From positions 119,412,001 to 119,476,000 of the forward strand of contig OZ024745.1 in NCBI GenBank assembly GCA_964016885.1: DNA of 64,000 nt. The letters run 5' to 3'. Position numbers and translations under genes: made by a program. Positions 39,451 to 56,857 of this stretch are shown piece by piece. Positions within the stretch are counted from its first letter, which is position 1. Each line of letters begins with the position of its first letter. This DNA is from Eledone cirrhosa (taxonomy: Eukaryota). The notes beneath the pieces were generated by a model, which saw nothing but the letters and a program-made list of their open reading frames with translations, had not been told where the DNA came from and made no database searches.

Positions 39451-39659
39451 CAATATTAATAATATGATTTGTTTCTGATTCATTACAATCAGAGTTATTT
39501 CCCCTTGTTCTAGGTGGCCGATGGCGTTGCTTGAAGTAAATGTCTGGATACCTTTGGTTTCATTTACCTACTCTCGCGATTTCATGTACATATTGAGGGT
39601 TTGTCCTTTTGGAGGTGACTCTACAAAATGAATAAATATATATATACATATATATATAA

Positions 39660-39739
<80 letters not shown>

Positions 39740-39934
39740 AAAACCACAGACCCTCCATCTCAACTCTACTTTTGAAAAGCAGAAGAACTGCGAAACCGGT
39801 AAAGGGACCAGATAAATATATATATTTTTTTAAAATATGACTCCAGGTGTATTTTCGATTTCAACTTTTTTTTCTTTATACTTTCACTCGTGTAGTACAC
39901 CTCGGTTATTTTTCATTTTGTAAAAAAACCTCAC

Positions 39935-39994
<60 letters not shown>

Positions 39995-40207
39995 CGTTTC
40001 TGAATTTGTTTAGCAAGATTCTTTATCTGTAAACATGTGTTGAAACCGATATTGTTATGCTTTGGGAGGGTCATGTTGCCAATAAGAAACACACGCACCA
40101 TTGCTTTCACTTCAATTTATTATAAAGTAAATTCATAAATTTAGGAATTTATAAATTTCCGGTTGGTTGGTTGGTTGGTTCCACAACCAGACGATTGTTC
40201 ATATATT

Positions 40208-40250
40208 GTCAAAGTTCTTTCGTCACGCATCATGTGACCTCTTCAGTGAC
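40208..40250 (-). ncRNA. Minimal type I hammerhead motif in PLE-type repeat (39990-40320)
   Basis: Minus strand: gtca CTGAAGA g-gtcac-atgatgc-gtgac GAAA gaac TT tgac. Confidence 0.7.
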
Positions 40251-41152
40251 TGGGATTCTTTTCTTTGTTTTTGTGCCTCTCCTTTATTCTGTCCTACGCC
40301 ATCTTGTTTTTCTGTGTGTTGTATATATATATGGGATAACAACTTATCGTTTTAGGTAATCCAGTTAGAGGTTGTGAGCACGCTGTACTATGGATAGTTT
40401 TAACGTACGGCGTTGTTTGATTCAACAAGAGGTTTACTTAGTTAGGTTGCGAGTTTGCGAGAATTCCCATGCAGGCTATTCATGGAGTAATAGTAGTGAA
40501 AGAGTGATGAATAACATGGTTAGCTGTACAAGAAGTAAACATTTAAATGATAAATATGTAAAAAATAAGTAAAAAATAGGTACAAAATATAGTTACTAAT
40601 AATAGTAGTGGTGGTGGTGGTAGTTTAAATTATAATGGGGAGTAAGTGGATGTGTAAAGTAGTGATGACAGTAATGAAAAGAAATAGGCTATATATGATA
40701 TGTACTATATAGAGTTTATACATTGGCGAAATAAAAACGCAAGAGGTACAATAAAATATCAGTGGATTAAATAAAAAATAAAAAGTAAGAGAGAAAGAGA
40801 TGAGGAATAGGAGACAGAGAATAAGAATAAGGATTCGAGAATGAGACATAAAGGGTAGGACTAAGGACGGGGAGCGGTAGATAGACAGAGAGAATAAAAC
40901 AGTGAAAGGGGCAGTGATGGTATATCGGTGATTAAGGTGTGGGAGGCTTACTCACCATTATACCTTCAACAACTACCACCACCACTACTACTATTATCAG
41001 TAGTCATATTTTGTACCTATTTTTTACTTATTTTTCACATCTTTATCATTTTCATTTTTACTCCTTTTTTGCTTTTATTATTGATGTTATTGTTTTCATT
41101 CACTTGATTCTCCGGTGTATCTATAAATACCAATGCCATGTGTTACACCCTC

Positions 41153-41267
41153 CAGTATTCCGATGATTTGATCAGAGACACACACTGTATTTAAGGTCGA
41201 GTGACGCAATTTCGAATGATTAGCGGCTTTCAGACTCACCTGATCAACGAAACAATTGTTAATACTG
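41153..41267 (+). ncRNA. Hammerhead motif with long loop II and one core mutation
   Basis: cagtatt CCGATGA t-ttgatcag...ctgatcaa-c GAAA caattg TT aatactg. Confidence 0.65.
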
Positions 41268-41314
41268 TAAATAAAAAACTTTTCGGACATCTGGCTATGT
41301 TATTCTTCACTCTT

Positions 41315-41381
<67 letters not shown>

Positions 41382-41839
41382 GATGTGTAATGGGATTGCA
41401 GGCAGATTAATGGAAAAGATAGACTTCACATGCTGAAAAAGCATAGGAGAAGTAACCAATCAAAGCACACGCAAAATATAATATTTGAATACTTCAGTTG
41501 TAAGAGATGATCCTCAGAAACGGTTCACAACTTTCGTTAGAGAAGCGATCTAATAAGTAGTGGGTAAGACATTCTGAAAGTGTGATAGCCAAGTTAAGAT
41601 CAGACTGAAAGCAGTTTGGAAAGCTATTTCCTAAGCTAAAAACACAGACAGAAAAGTTTATGGTGTGATGCTTGGGGGCTAACTGGGTCTTCACGGTAGA
41701 AAACCTGCAAAAGCTAGAAAGAAATTATGCTCTGATTGATGTGAGCACACATGTCGTGGCCAAATTGGATGAAACAATGTGTAAGGAATAAAAAATGTTG
41801 ATAAGTGCCTTTGATCCGCTATCATAAATATCAAGATTA

Positions 41840-42050
41840 AAAAATCTAATAGTGCCCCATTCGACGTGAGTATGGGCGCTAGCGATTCTGCGGAGGTTAC
41901 TGATCATATCGGCCTTTTCCTTCTTTTCTCTATCAAAGAAGAATTCCCCAACGTGGGCGGTGGTTTGTACCGTGATGACGGTCCTTTGACTATGACAAAG
42001 TGCGGCCCACGTGCTTGCGACAGGTTAGAAAAGATCTTATTTACTTTTAT
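41840..42050 (+). pseudogene. Penelope-like reverse transcriptase core fragment
   Basis: PFDVSMGASDSAEVTDHIGLFLL...GGGLYRDDG, matching the PLE FDVTMG...YRDD motifs. Confidence 0.85.
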
Positions 42051-42400
42051 TTTACATCCACTAGTTGACCCCGCCTCCTTCTTTTTGATATTCATTAACG
42101 ATATATTTTAAAAATTATATTTATTTTACTTCCCCTTTTACTTTAACTTTCAGACAATACATGTCACTTGTGTTTTTAACTCCAAATATTCTTTCGTTGT
42201 CCCTCAGTCGTGTTAATGTATGCAAACTTGTGTATATTATGTACCCAATTATTCACATGGTTGTTGATTTGTATATGTATGTATGCGTATGTGTGTGTAT
42301 GCGCGTATATGTGTATGAACGCATTTGTATGTGTGCGTGTATGTGGGTATATATATATATGTGTGTGCGTTTATGCATATGTATTTTTATATATATGTAT

Positions 42401-42436
<36 letters not shown>

Positions 42437-42479
42437 TCGCGTGTATACGTGTGAATATATGTATATGTATGTGTATATA

Positions 42480-42518
<39 letters not shown>

Positions 42519-43195
42519 GTATGTATGTATATGTGAGTGTGTACTTGTGTGTATACAATATATATATATGTATGTGTGTGTGAGCGTGTTTGTATGTATG
42601 CATGTTTTTTTACTTATTAATTTTGATTATTTATTATATTTTTTATTTTTATCTTATATATTTTTTCATTTATTCATCATATTTTATATTTGTATCGACC
42701 TTCCACTTGACTCTGCGTATGACTTTATACACTCCCTTCTCTGTGTATATTATATACATTTATGTGGTCGCGTGTATATATGTCAGTGTGCGTACGTCCT
42801 TTTACGTTTGTATGTGTATATATACCAGCCCTTAGTATTTGCGTCTGCATGTACGCAAACATCATTATTTTACAATTTCTATTTTTAACATATATATATG
42901 TGTGTATTTGTGGCCATACATACACCAATATATTTGCCCTCATGTATGTACTTACGCATACATATTTTCACTATACACATGGAGTTGTACATATACACAC
43001 ATGTACATATGTATATATGTATGTACATATACACACATACGCATATATATGTACATACACACATATCATCTCACTATATTTCTTTATTTTTATTTTTTAT
43101 ATATTTTTTGTCTTATTACTTTTATTCATATTTTTTGTCCGTTAAACATTTTAGCCTTTCTTGATGAGCTATTTTCAAATATCTCACTATGTTAT

Positions 43196-43271
43196 ATTGC
43201 CTTATCTGACGAACGAATGCGGACGTCTCTTGTGTTCGTCCTGTTCGGAAAACCTCGAGTAATGAGGTAAT
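43196..43271 (+). ncRNA. Type I hammerhead motif ~1.1 kb downstream of the PLE RT fragment
   Basis: attgccttat CTGACGA acgaat-gc-ggacg...cgtcc-t-gttcg GAAA (ac)ctcgag TA atgaggtaat; 10-bp stem I. Confidence 0.7.
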
Positions 43272-43677
43272 TATACTGTGTTGTTTATTAAACATTAAAT
43301 ATTTAGCTCTGTTACTTACATAGAGCACTCTTCATTCCGTTTACTTTTTCCACGGAAACTTCAACACTTATACATATATATATATTTTAATTATTTTTAC
43401 AATCTAAAAATTGGTTTTCCTCCCTTTTCTCTCTCCCCCTTTTTTAATATCTTTCCACCACTCCACCTCACACCCTCGGAACTCTTTTCCTGTCCACTTT
43501 TCTCCCGATCAAGGGCGTATGGCCGAAACGTCGTCCCCCAGCCCCACTCTCAAGCGTGAAACTAATATTAACATTTTTTACGTCCTCTTCGCTTCCACGT
43601 TGTTGTTTTTGTTTGTTTGCTGTTTCATCTATAATACACACACACACACATATATATATATATAGTATATATATACA

Positions 43678-43710
<33 letters not shown>

Positions 43711-43859
43711 TGGTAAACGGAATAGAAAATGCTGACAAATTGTTCACAGTTGAAAAATGGTTTAATTAGGAATAAAAGAGTATTGGTGATTGTATGGGTT
43801 AGTATTCAGTTGTGGTTTTAAGTTTTTAAGTTTTTACCGGTTGCGCATTTCTAAATGCT

Positions 43860-45544
<1,685 letters not shown>

Positions 45545-45545
<1 letters not shown>

Positions 45546-45780
45546 ATTATTTGTTTCTACTTTTGGCACAAGGCCAGAAATTACCCAGTGCATTACTGGT
45601 ACTTTATTTTTTCGACCCCGTAAGGATGAAAGGCAAAGTCAACCTCGGCGGGATTTGAACTCATATATATATAATATTATAAGGACGAATGGTTATGACT
45701 TCATTATATTTATTGAGTAGAAGTACCAGTAATGCACTGGGCATTTGCTGGCCTTGTACCGAAAGTAGAAACAATTATCT
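45545..45780. mobile_element. Two oppositely oriented SINE 3' fragments
   Basis: 45545-45665 (minus) and 45720-45780 (plus). Confidence 0.8.
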
Positions 45781-45987
45781 TTATTGAGTAGTGACACATT
45801 CACGCTGCAATGTCTATGAAACAAGTAAAACACTACAATACCGCAACTCGCATCAACCATCACTCCCCCCCATCACGTTGCCATTATGTTCACCCCCCCG
45901 CGCCCTATCACACATCTATAGATGCTATTTTATAGCAACTGAGTATAATTCCAGTTATTATCTGTGCTTAACCATCCGACACTTATA

Positions 45988-46027
<40 letters not shown>

Positions 46028-46103
46028 CACACACACATACACACACATATATATGTAAATATATATATGATCTACAAGCACACACACACACACATACACA
46101 CAC

Positions 46104-46211
<108 letters not shown>

Positions 46212-47139
46212 AAAGTATTCAGGGTATCTTTTCATGATATCAGATCGTCTGATTTCATGTCAATTATATAGCTGAGCAAAGAAGTCGTGAGATAGTAAAT
46301 GTTTATGACAGAAGACAATAGGGAAGCGGTGCGAAAAAATGTGTAATGACAATGAAAAATCATATATGTATATACAGATATCTATTTAAAAAAATAGTAA
46401 ATGTTTCAAAACGTTTAAAATGCTTTGTAGAAATATATTGCCAAATAATAAACGAGAAAAAAAACACCAAAAAATAGTGTCTAAAAATATAAACTGAACA
46501 ATGAAGCCCCGTATACAGCAGAATATATATGTGTAAAACCTTACAGAAAGATAGAGGTTTATCGTTATCCAGTGACAGGTTTCATGCAATAAAACATAAG
46601 CAAGTAGGATGATAGTTTATAGATAACCTTTTGTGATATTCAGAACATAAGATAGATATTTAAAATGTATTAATGTTAGGGGTGAGATCGTAATAGATAA
46701 TAAATTATATTTAAGAACATCAAAAATATGCTCCCTGAGTTGACAACCCACCAATTGCAAGGTCTTCATATTCTGGCCATAAAATCTGTTTGTTGAACTA
46801 TAGATTTGAAAAATAGTTAAACTAACGAAGAGGCGAAAAAATTAACAGATAATATAATTTCAGGAATGTAGCACAGAAGAAAGGATAGAATTTAGTGACT
46901 CGTAATTATAACTACAAATAACAGTAAAATATCAACTCATAAATAACTCCATCTTCCTACGATTAAGATTCATGTGAATGAGGGATATTTACTGAAGCGA
47001 TAGAACTAACTACAATATTTATGAGATAGATTTATATCTAGCTTTGGCCCATGATTAAATATTCCGCAAGTCAAAGTCTTGCAATACAATATGAAAGGAG
47101 AATTTAGAAAATATTATTGTATGAGAAATTACTCCAAAA

Positions 47140-48400
47140 CAATATGTATGTGAATTTCGTATATCTAAAGATATACGGTATGTTTAATGAATAAGCATTT
47201 TGAAAGACAAATTATGAATATAAAGCGCTGTCTAGTGGATTTCAGCAGAAGCAGCGGAGGATAACTGTCTCTGCATTTCGAGCTCTGGCAGTGAATCCTC
47301 TGCTAGAAATTGAAACAGGTGAAAATATATAGTTTTGTTTCCCCTGTGTAGGTGGGCTGATTAGCCTCATTTGCATACAAAGCTGTATATGTTGGCTCAA
47401 CTTAAAAGTAGAATGAAAATTTAGCTTCAGCATAGCTGTATATATGTATGTGAATGTCATATATCTAAAGATTTACGGTATATTTAATAACTAAACATTT
47501 TAAAAGCCAAATTATGAATTGAAAGACTGGCGGTCAGTGTCGGCTAGTGGATTCTAGAAGTAGCGGAGCATAACTCTATGCACTTCAAGCCCTGGCCCTC
47601 ATCAGGACAGTGCTTCCCGTTGCTTTCCACAGGAACTTGAAACAGGCAAGGGAAGTGAAAACTAAAAATTTACGTTATAAATATCCAAAACAAAATAATA
47701 TAAAAATGTGATAGTACCATACAAAACTTATTAAAAGATAAAAGTCATCCAGGCATCATAAAACAATATACCTCATCATAAATACCCTAGCCCACTTCAC
47801 TCTGCAATTTCACCCACAACACGTGACATTTTAGTAGCTTAGCTACTTACAATTTACCACTGTCATCGTCTGTTCAAAAAAAGTTATTCAAACCTAGAAG
47901 TTGTTTTGGACAATAGTCTCAACTCAGAGCCAACCTCTTCAAGATGACGTCTGCTTTACTACTATTTATAGAAGATCATAGCGTGCACCTTAAACGTCTC
48001 GGATCTGTTGTGTTCTGCAAATAGTTTGTCACCATACCTAATTGACCAAATTGATATTGTATGTGTACAGTTTTCAAAGCCTTGTACCATGACTGTTTAC
48101 TGAATCTGTATTATGGGACTTGAGCCATTAATTCCAACAAATTTAGGCTGCGTCTTGTTTTTCAATGATTTTAGCCTTCGGTCAGTTTTTCCAATATACA
48201 CTATTATGTGGATAATATTCTTCAGTCCTCATTAACTGTCATCGCACATATCAGCATTCCCTTGTTAAAGACGATAAAGACAATATGAATAAGATTTGGT
48301 TGTTTTTTGTAGCAGCTTCACCAAATGAATAAAATTGATGCACAATTTCTTGAACATGTGGATAAACCTCATTTAGGTCGGAGGGCCTGTAAATATGATA
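47140..48400 (-). mobile_element. Decayed Penelope-like element 3' region (GIY-YIG fragment, tandem ~300-bp repeat, decayed hammerheads)
   Basis: Minus-strand VYIGKTDRRLK (~48170-48205); direct repeat at 47142/47442; CTGATGA-gggcc...GAAG at ~47575-47612. Confidence 0.5.
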
Positions 48401-48402
48401 GT

Positions 48403-48957
48403 AATTACCGCCCTTCTACTGACCCATATATTATTACAGCCCCTCTACTGACCAATATATAATTACCGCCCTTCTACTGACCCATATATTATTACAGCCC
48501 CTCTACTGACCCATATATTATTACAGCCCCTCTACTGACCCATATATTATTACAGCCCCTCTACTGACCTATATATTATTACAGCCCCCCTACTGACCCA
48601 TATATTATTACAGCCCCTCTACTGACCCATATATTATTACAGCCCTTCTACTGACCCATATATTATTACAGCCCCTCTACTGACCAATATATAATTACCG
48701 CCCTTCTACTGACCCATATATTATTACAGCCCCTCTACTGACCCATATATTATTACAGCCCCTCTACTGACCCATATATTATTACAGCCCCTCTACTGAC
48801 CCATATATTATTACAGCCCCTCTACTGACCCATATATTATTACAGCCCCTCTACTGACCCATATATTATTACAGCCCCTCTACTGACCCATATATTATTA
48901 CAGCCCCTCTACTGACCCATATATTATTACAGCCCCTCTACTGACCCATATATTATA
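48403..48957. repeat. 29-bp minisatellite, about 19 copies
   Basis: Unit tactgacccatatattattacagcccctc. Confidence 0.96.
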
Positions 48958-49027
48958 GAAGTTATATTGGTTTCTAACAAAAGTTTGGTGCGTTTTGCTA
49001 TTGGTTGTTTTAATTACGTGATTTATT

Positions 49028-49440
49028 TAATCATGGAACTGAAGCATATCATCATCATCATCATCATCATCATCGTCGTTTAACGTCTATCTTACACACT
49101 AGCATGGGTTAGACGGTTTTGTTCCATTTGATGTGGTATTGGTCGGAAGACCGTGTCTGGCTCGTACAGAAGTGTCTCTAGCAAGATTTCTACGGCTGGA
49201 TGCCCTTCCTAATACCAACCACCTTTCACAGTGTGGACTGGGAGCCTTTTTACCGTGTCTCCTACACGACCACCTTACGGTGTGGACTGGGAGCCTTTTT
49301 ACCGTGTCTCCTACACGACCACCTTACAGTGTGAACTGGGTGCTTTTTGATGCGTCACCGACATGACCACTTTACAGTGTGGACTGGGTGCTTTTTGTTG
49401 TGTCACCGACACAGTGGACGGAAATAGGAGGATGGGGTAG
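49028..49440 (-). mobile_element. Retroelement 3' end with (GAT)n tail and internal ~49-bp tandem repeat
   Basis: catcatcatcgt..tttaacgtc...ggatgcccttcctaa..caaccac; unit accacc(t)tacagtgtggactgggngc occurs four times. Confidence 0.6.
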
Positions 49441-49536
49441 GGTGTGTATTTTCTGAAAAAGGAGATCTTAACACATTCTTCTATCGGTATGTTATGTGGA
49501 GTATTTACTTCTGCTGTTTTTACAATAACATTGAAA

Positions 49537-50180
49537 ATGGAGCGAAATGAGATGCATTTTCGTCATTTGGTCATTTACTTCCAGAAAGGTAAGTATGCTG
49601 CACAAACAGCGAGAAAGAGAGGTGCTGTTTATGGTGCCATAGCTGATAGTACTGTTCGCAAATGGATCGCTAGGTTTAGAGCCGAAAATATTGACCTCAA
49701 AGACCGTGCACGTTCAGCCAGGCCTATAGTGGTTGATGACCAAATAGAAGCATTAATAAAAATAACGATTCAAGTATTGCAGCGTGAGACATCACAGAGA
49801 TACTTCACATATCTCATATGAGCCTTACAAGGTATTTGTAAGCACTTGCATGCATCAAAGGCTATGCTGTTTGGGTACCTCATAATTTAACGGAAAAAAA
49901 TTCATAGATCGCATTTCCATCAGCCATTCTCTGCTAAAACGAAACAAAAACGATCTATTTTTGAAAAGTATGTTCATGGCTGATAAATGGATTGTTTATA
50001 TCAATATGAAGCGTAAAAGAACGAGGAGGAAAAGAAATTCGATTCTTTATAAGACTGCAAGAAGCAACTAGACCAGTTCTTGATCCAGAAAGATGCCAAG
50101 TTCTGGGTGGATGGGACCATAAAGTTGCTTGAAGGATGCCGAATGGTAGTGAAACAAAATGGAAAATATGTGGTTAATAA
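49537..50180 (+). pseudogene. Internally deleted mariner (Hsmar1/SETMAR-like) transposase
   Basis: MERNEMHFRH...DSTVRKWIARFR...DRARSARP, WVPHNLT, DKWIVY, and C-terminal FW.DG...VVKQNGKYV. Confidence 0.88.
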
Positions 50181-50589
50181 AGGTACGTACAACTATTTAG
50201 ATATTGCAAATCGAAAAATCAATAATAGCCGGCGTATTTAAACACTGACACAACGAAATTATTTTACGATGCGGCGTCGTATGCCATGAATTTCATTTAA
50301 TAAAAAGCAATTGGCGATTAAACATTTTTTGAAGGGGAAATTAATGGTCTCTGCAACTGAAAAAAACTTATATATTGGGAGAAAATAATATTGGTTTGTC
50401 AAGTATGAACTTTGTAGAAATAAAAACAAATTTCTACAAATTTCATACTTGATGATCCAATACATTGTAAAATTAAATACCCTCGGCTGAAGTTCGGAAG
50501 AGAAGCCTGCGACGTACAAGCTATTTTTTATGTTCTTGTTGTGACGGTCTAAAGATCATCCACAGCGGCTTTTGTGTGGTACTCACAGA

Positions 50590-51860
50590 CTCCTCTCCCA
50601 CTTATTCCTGAGAGTTTCGTGGGGACAGGGACCTTAAACACTCCTTCCAGTGGGTCCTGTCAAAATCAACGTCTGCAACTGATCTAGCTGGATCCCCAAG
50701 CGTGACCAACCAAGCTCACGGATGTTATCCAACCATCTTGATCTACCATCCGTATCTACCCCTGGGTCTCCTAGCTGTTGGTTTCGCACGTAAAATCTGT
50801 CCAGCAATATTTACCTGAGGCATTCTAACCACATTCTAATAATATCGGAGCTGTGATCTATCAATTTAGACTCTCTGATCTCCGAGCTACGCACTTTATT
50901 GAGTAAAGTTAATTCAAAGACCCTTTAGGGGAACCCCATTTCGGCCGCTTGTATTTGGTATCGTATTCTTTCGATCATTACCAAAGATTCATAGCCCTAG
51001 GTAAAGGTTAGCACGAAACCCGAATTGAAGACAGGGAGTTTGGTTTTTACGCCAACCTCGATTCTTCCTATTACTGAATGCTGAAGGCGGTGCCTTACTG
51101 CAACACCTTTTGTATTTCTGGCACATAATTGGAGTGGTAATCCCAATTCTCATAAAGAGAGACAAGAGAGAATGTTCTAATTACAGAGAGATCTCCTTGT
51201 ATGTGCTAAGTGTCTAGTAAAGAGATACAGGATATAGTCGCGTCCAAGCTAGCTGATGAACAGTGAAGTGTTCTCCTCAGACACAGCACAACCGAATAAA
51301 CATTCACACTTGCGGCAGGTTTTTGAGAAATCCTGAGAGTATTGCCAAGAAGTGTATTCTTGTTTTGTCAACCTTGAGAAGGCATATGAACGCGTTCCTC
51401 GGGACCTACTGTGGAAGGTTGTGCAGGAGTATGGGATAGATGGCCAGCTTCTTGCTGTCTTGATATCTCTATACAAATGCTTGAATAAATGGTGCTAAAT
51501 AGAAACCATTAAATGTGGGGGTTGGACTCCTCCATGGGTGCGTACTCTCACTTCTGTTCATTATTTACATGAACAGGATTGAGATACGCAGCCAGGTTGG
51601 AATTGGTATCACGACTGGTGGGTATAAAATCAGTCGACTGGAATTTGCAGACCACAAGATGTTACTCAACTCGACAGAAGATGATCTTCAACTTGATAGG
51701 TTTGATGACGAGGGCTGCATGACTGGAATGAAAATCAGTGCTGCAAAAACTGAGACGCGTGACCTCTCAAGGAAGCCTGCGCAGTGCACGCTACATGTGA
51801 ATGGAGTTCCACCGAAGCAGGTAGAGGAGTCCAAGTAGCTCGGGGCTGTGTCCACGAGTG

Positions 51861-51862
<2 letters not shown>
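50590..51862. mobile_element. RTE LINE with inverted 5' segment (3' part minus 50590-51100; RT part plus 51240-51862)
   Basis: Plus: CFVNLEKAYERVPRDLLWKV, GVGLLHGCVLSLLF, LEFADH, KQVEESK*LG; minus: TKLPVFNS...GYES, GRP-like C-terminus. Same family as 15270-16740. Confidence 0.85.
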
Positions 51863-51891
<29 letters not shown>

Positions 51892-52003
51892 TAAATCCTA
51901 AGACTTCCTCCACCTTACTCACTTCCCTCTTCCCCTTCTCTTCCTACCTCCTTCTTTATCTTTTATCTAGTGTATAAAATATTTTCATATCATTCTAATA
52001 CAA

Positions 52004-52120
52004 AGGTCTGAAGACATGGTGTGTTTGCTTACAGTGTACCTTCGGTTTATGATAATATTTGTATATTATTCAAATAGCGAGGTATAGGTAACCCATACAC
52101 TATAGAAACAATTGTTACCT
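52004..52120 (+). ncRNA. Type I hammerhead motif with long loop II, intact boxes
   Basis: aggt CTGAAGA c-atggtgtgt...atacactat-a GAAA caattg TT acct. Confidence 0.72.
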
Positions 52121-52164
52121 AATAAATTCTATATACCCGCATTTCCATTTCATAATCTTCTTCT

Positions 52165-53960
<1,796 letters not shown>

Positions 53961-54529
53961 TAGGGGCTGTTCTACATAGTGCCCCTTTATCACAATCCTC
54001 TAGACTGGACTGATAAACCCGAAGCTATAATAGAAGATACTTATCCAAGATGTAGCATTCTGTGAACAAACCCACAACTAGCTTGTTGTAAGCAATTAAA
54101 GTATTTTAAAACATTGATATACAATATAAGATGAGTAAGAATAGGAAAAGCAATTCATCTGATGAAACAAAATATAATAGGAAAGAAACACACAGATGTG
54201 AGTAAAATGATTTAACTGTATAATCATTAACATGGTAACTGTCTTTTAAGACTGTGTAGGATGAAGATGAATATAAAAAGAAATTACTTCTGAGTTTCAG
54301 TTTAATATCTGAGAGAACAAGAAAAATATAAATGAATGATATCAACCAGAAGGAAAGACATAAAAGAATCATGAAAGAAAAATGAATGACTGAATGAAAA
54401 AGGGAAAACAAAAGATGGAATCATAAAGGAAAAATGTGAGAACAAGAAAGAAACAAATTTGAAGAAAACATGTAAAAACTTAAACGTGAAAAGCAAGATA
54501 ATTGGAGAAAAAACAATTTTATTTGAACT

Positions 54530-54716
54530 AATAATTGTTTCTACATTTGGCACAAGGCCAGTAATTATACCAGTGCATTACTGGTACTTTTATTTTATCG
54601 ACCCCGTAAGGATGAAAGGCAAAGTCAACCTCGGCGGGATTTGAACTCAGATCGTAAAGGGACGTAACTATGTTGGAAAGCATGGCGTCCGACCCTCTAC
54701 CGATACTGCCAATCCA
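54530..54716 (-). mobile_element. tRNA-derived SINE (dominant family), full length
   Basis: Colinear with other copies. Confidence 0.9.
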
Positions 54717-54799
54717 ATAATATTGTAAAACATGCAAGCGTCATTTGTGGTTATGAAAATGGAAAAGGAATTGAAATGCAAGGGCTCTAGGGTCACAGA

Positions 54800-55130
54800 A
54801 GAATGGGAGGAGGTAGAGGGGAGCGTGATTTGTTCTAAGCTCAGGGCCCAGTGGTGTTAGGGCTGCGCCCCGCGGACAATGGTCATCGACACCCACAGCA
54901 ATAGCCACTCCCCCTCGTGGGTTTCCTTCCTCAGACGGGAAGCTGGAGTTCCGATCTTGCGGAGGAGTTCAGCAGTACGGGGTCCAAGTACGCCTGAGGT
55001 TTTACGACGACCGGAGCAAAGAAGAAGCGACCGGACAATACCTGATATTTGTTTGTTTTTCTTTCATCTACATAGCGAGCCTCATTACCGGGGTTTGTGG
55101 CCGAAGCGACAAATTTGGAGGCAGAAATGG
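54800..55130 (-). mobile_element. Second CRE-clade LINE 3' fragment
   Basis: Reverse-complement homologue of ~13840-14180. Confidence 0.7.
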
Positions 55131-56034
55131 AGAAGGAAAAATGGAAGGAACAACAGAGAAATAGTAGGAAATTATGAAGGAGTAGGAAAGAAACAAAAAA
55201 GGAAAGAAAATGGAGAGAAACAAGAAAAACGGGGGGAAAATAATAAGAATATAAATCGATAGAAGAATGTCAAACTTGTATCTAGATGTAAAATATTGGA
55301 TGAAACAATGGTATCGAAATACGATTCCGATGATGGAAATAACGCTCATGGAAACAAAGATATTCTCTAATGGGCCCAATCAACAGAGATACCCGAGTCA
55401 ATGAGGCTGACTCTACGTGGTTACTCTATTTACTAGACATGGCAGCCAAACCGCCGTATAATCACACCCGAGTATATAAACAGGATAAACAGGGAAAGAC
55501 AATTTTGGTAATGTAGTCGTAAATGAAGTACAGCATTAGATTAAAGACCGCTGTAATAAACTTTATCCTAGATTTTCCGAAGCAGAGCCGATATGATGCT
55601 GATAAACATCAACTATTCCTAATGACCAAAATGCGATCTGGCAATACATTCGCCAATAGTAAATATTGAAATGATGTTTCAAGTAGGATCCAGTGTATAA
55701 TTAATGAATATGACTCCATGCGAACTTGAATTGTATTCCAGTTATACCATGGTTATTGACCGTGGTAGAGACTACCCAAAGAGAGAATCTTTATGCGGTC
55801 GCTTGACCTGCAATATATAGCAGTCAGATCTCCATCAAAGCATATCCTAACGATTTTAAGAAACATAATGAGATAACGGATACCTTGATGTGTGAAAACG
55901 TGGGAATGCTCTTCCATTGTCACAGCTTGATCAGAGTAGTTGTGAAGCTGAACAACTACCATACCTTGAGTGCTTAAACTGCTACAGACCAGCATTGATG
56001 GAACATATTAGCGTTGACAATCTTGTATTATTAG

Positions 56035-56400
56035 GTGGGGTAGATTGGCAGTATCGGTAGAGGGTCGGACGCTATGCTTTGTAGCATAGAGTTGAGGCCA
56101 TTTATGATCTGAGTTCAAATCCCGCCGAGGTTAACTTTGCCTTCCACCCTTAGGGGGTCGATAAAATAATGTACCAATCACGCACTTGGGGTCAATTTAG
56201 TCGACTTACCCTTCCCCAAAATTGCTGCCCTTGTGCCTAAATCAGAAAGCAGTATTAGATGGTGAATGGTCTGAGTCGTTAGAACCTCAGATAAGATTCT
56301 TTGCGGTATTAATTTAGACTTTCTCCTCTCTGAGTTCAAACCACGCCGAGGTCAACTTTGCCTTTCATCCTTTCAAGGTCGATACAAATGTTCCAGTCAA
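56035..56400 (+). mobile_element. Two tandem tRNA-derived SINEs
   Basis: B boxes gagttcaaa at ~56110 and ~56332, each followed by the conserved core. Confidence 0.85.
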
Positions 56401-56857
56401 ATATCTCTCTTCAGTTTCTTTCTGTTACCCCCTCTATCCATTTCTGGAAGAAATCTGCTGTATTCAGAACTGGAGAGGAGATAGGCTCCACCAGGTTTAA
56501 AGATGTTCTAGAAACGCCAAACTCAATATGGTGTCCCTACGAAACTCTTAGGCATTATGGGAGCATAGCTATATCTTATAGTTTAGCGGCATCTTTAATT
56601 GCAATGCACATTGTGTCTTATCTTTTATGGGGTAATGGTTGGCTGATTTGAGGTATTTGACTGCGCATTATAGAGTCTCCCTCGTTGGGTTCTTGTTGTT
56701 GAAGATGCTGTTAGGACACAACATTTGCCCTCCCAATGTGGGAAATAGATGGGGTTTAATTGTAAAACAAGCCATCATAATCATGTTCATCATCATCTTA
56801 ACACACCCATTAGAATCAAAACAACATAACAACCACTAATACGTACACTGTGCACAC

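Noticed and set aside
48403-48957. CRISPR-like array (also 1-269 and 56858-57230)
   Set aside because: Contiguous tandem units with no unique spacers, no cas genes, and eukaryotic context.
49444-49821. Domesticated SETMAR-like gene
   Set aside because: No SET domain; frameshifts, stops and a large deletion in the catalytic domain.
56035-56130. tRNA genes at A/B-box motifs
   Set aside because: No convincing cloverleaf; each is the head of a multi-copy SINE.
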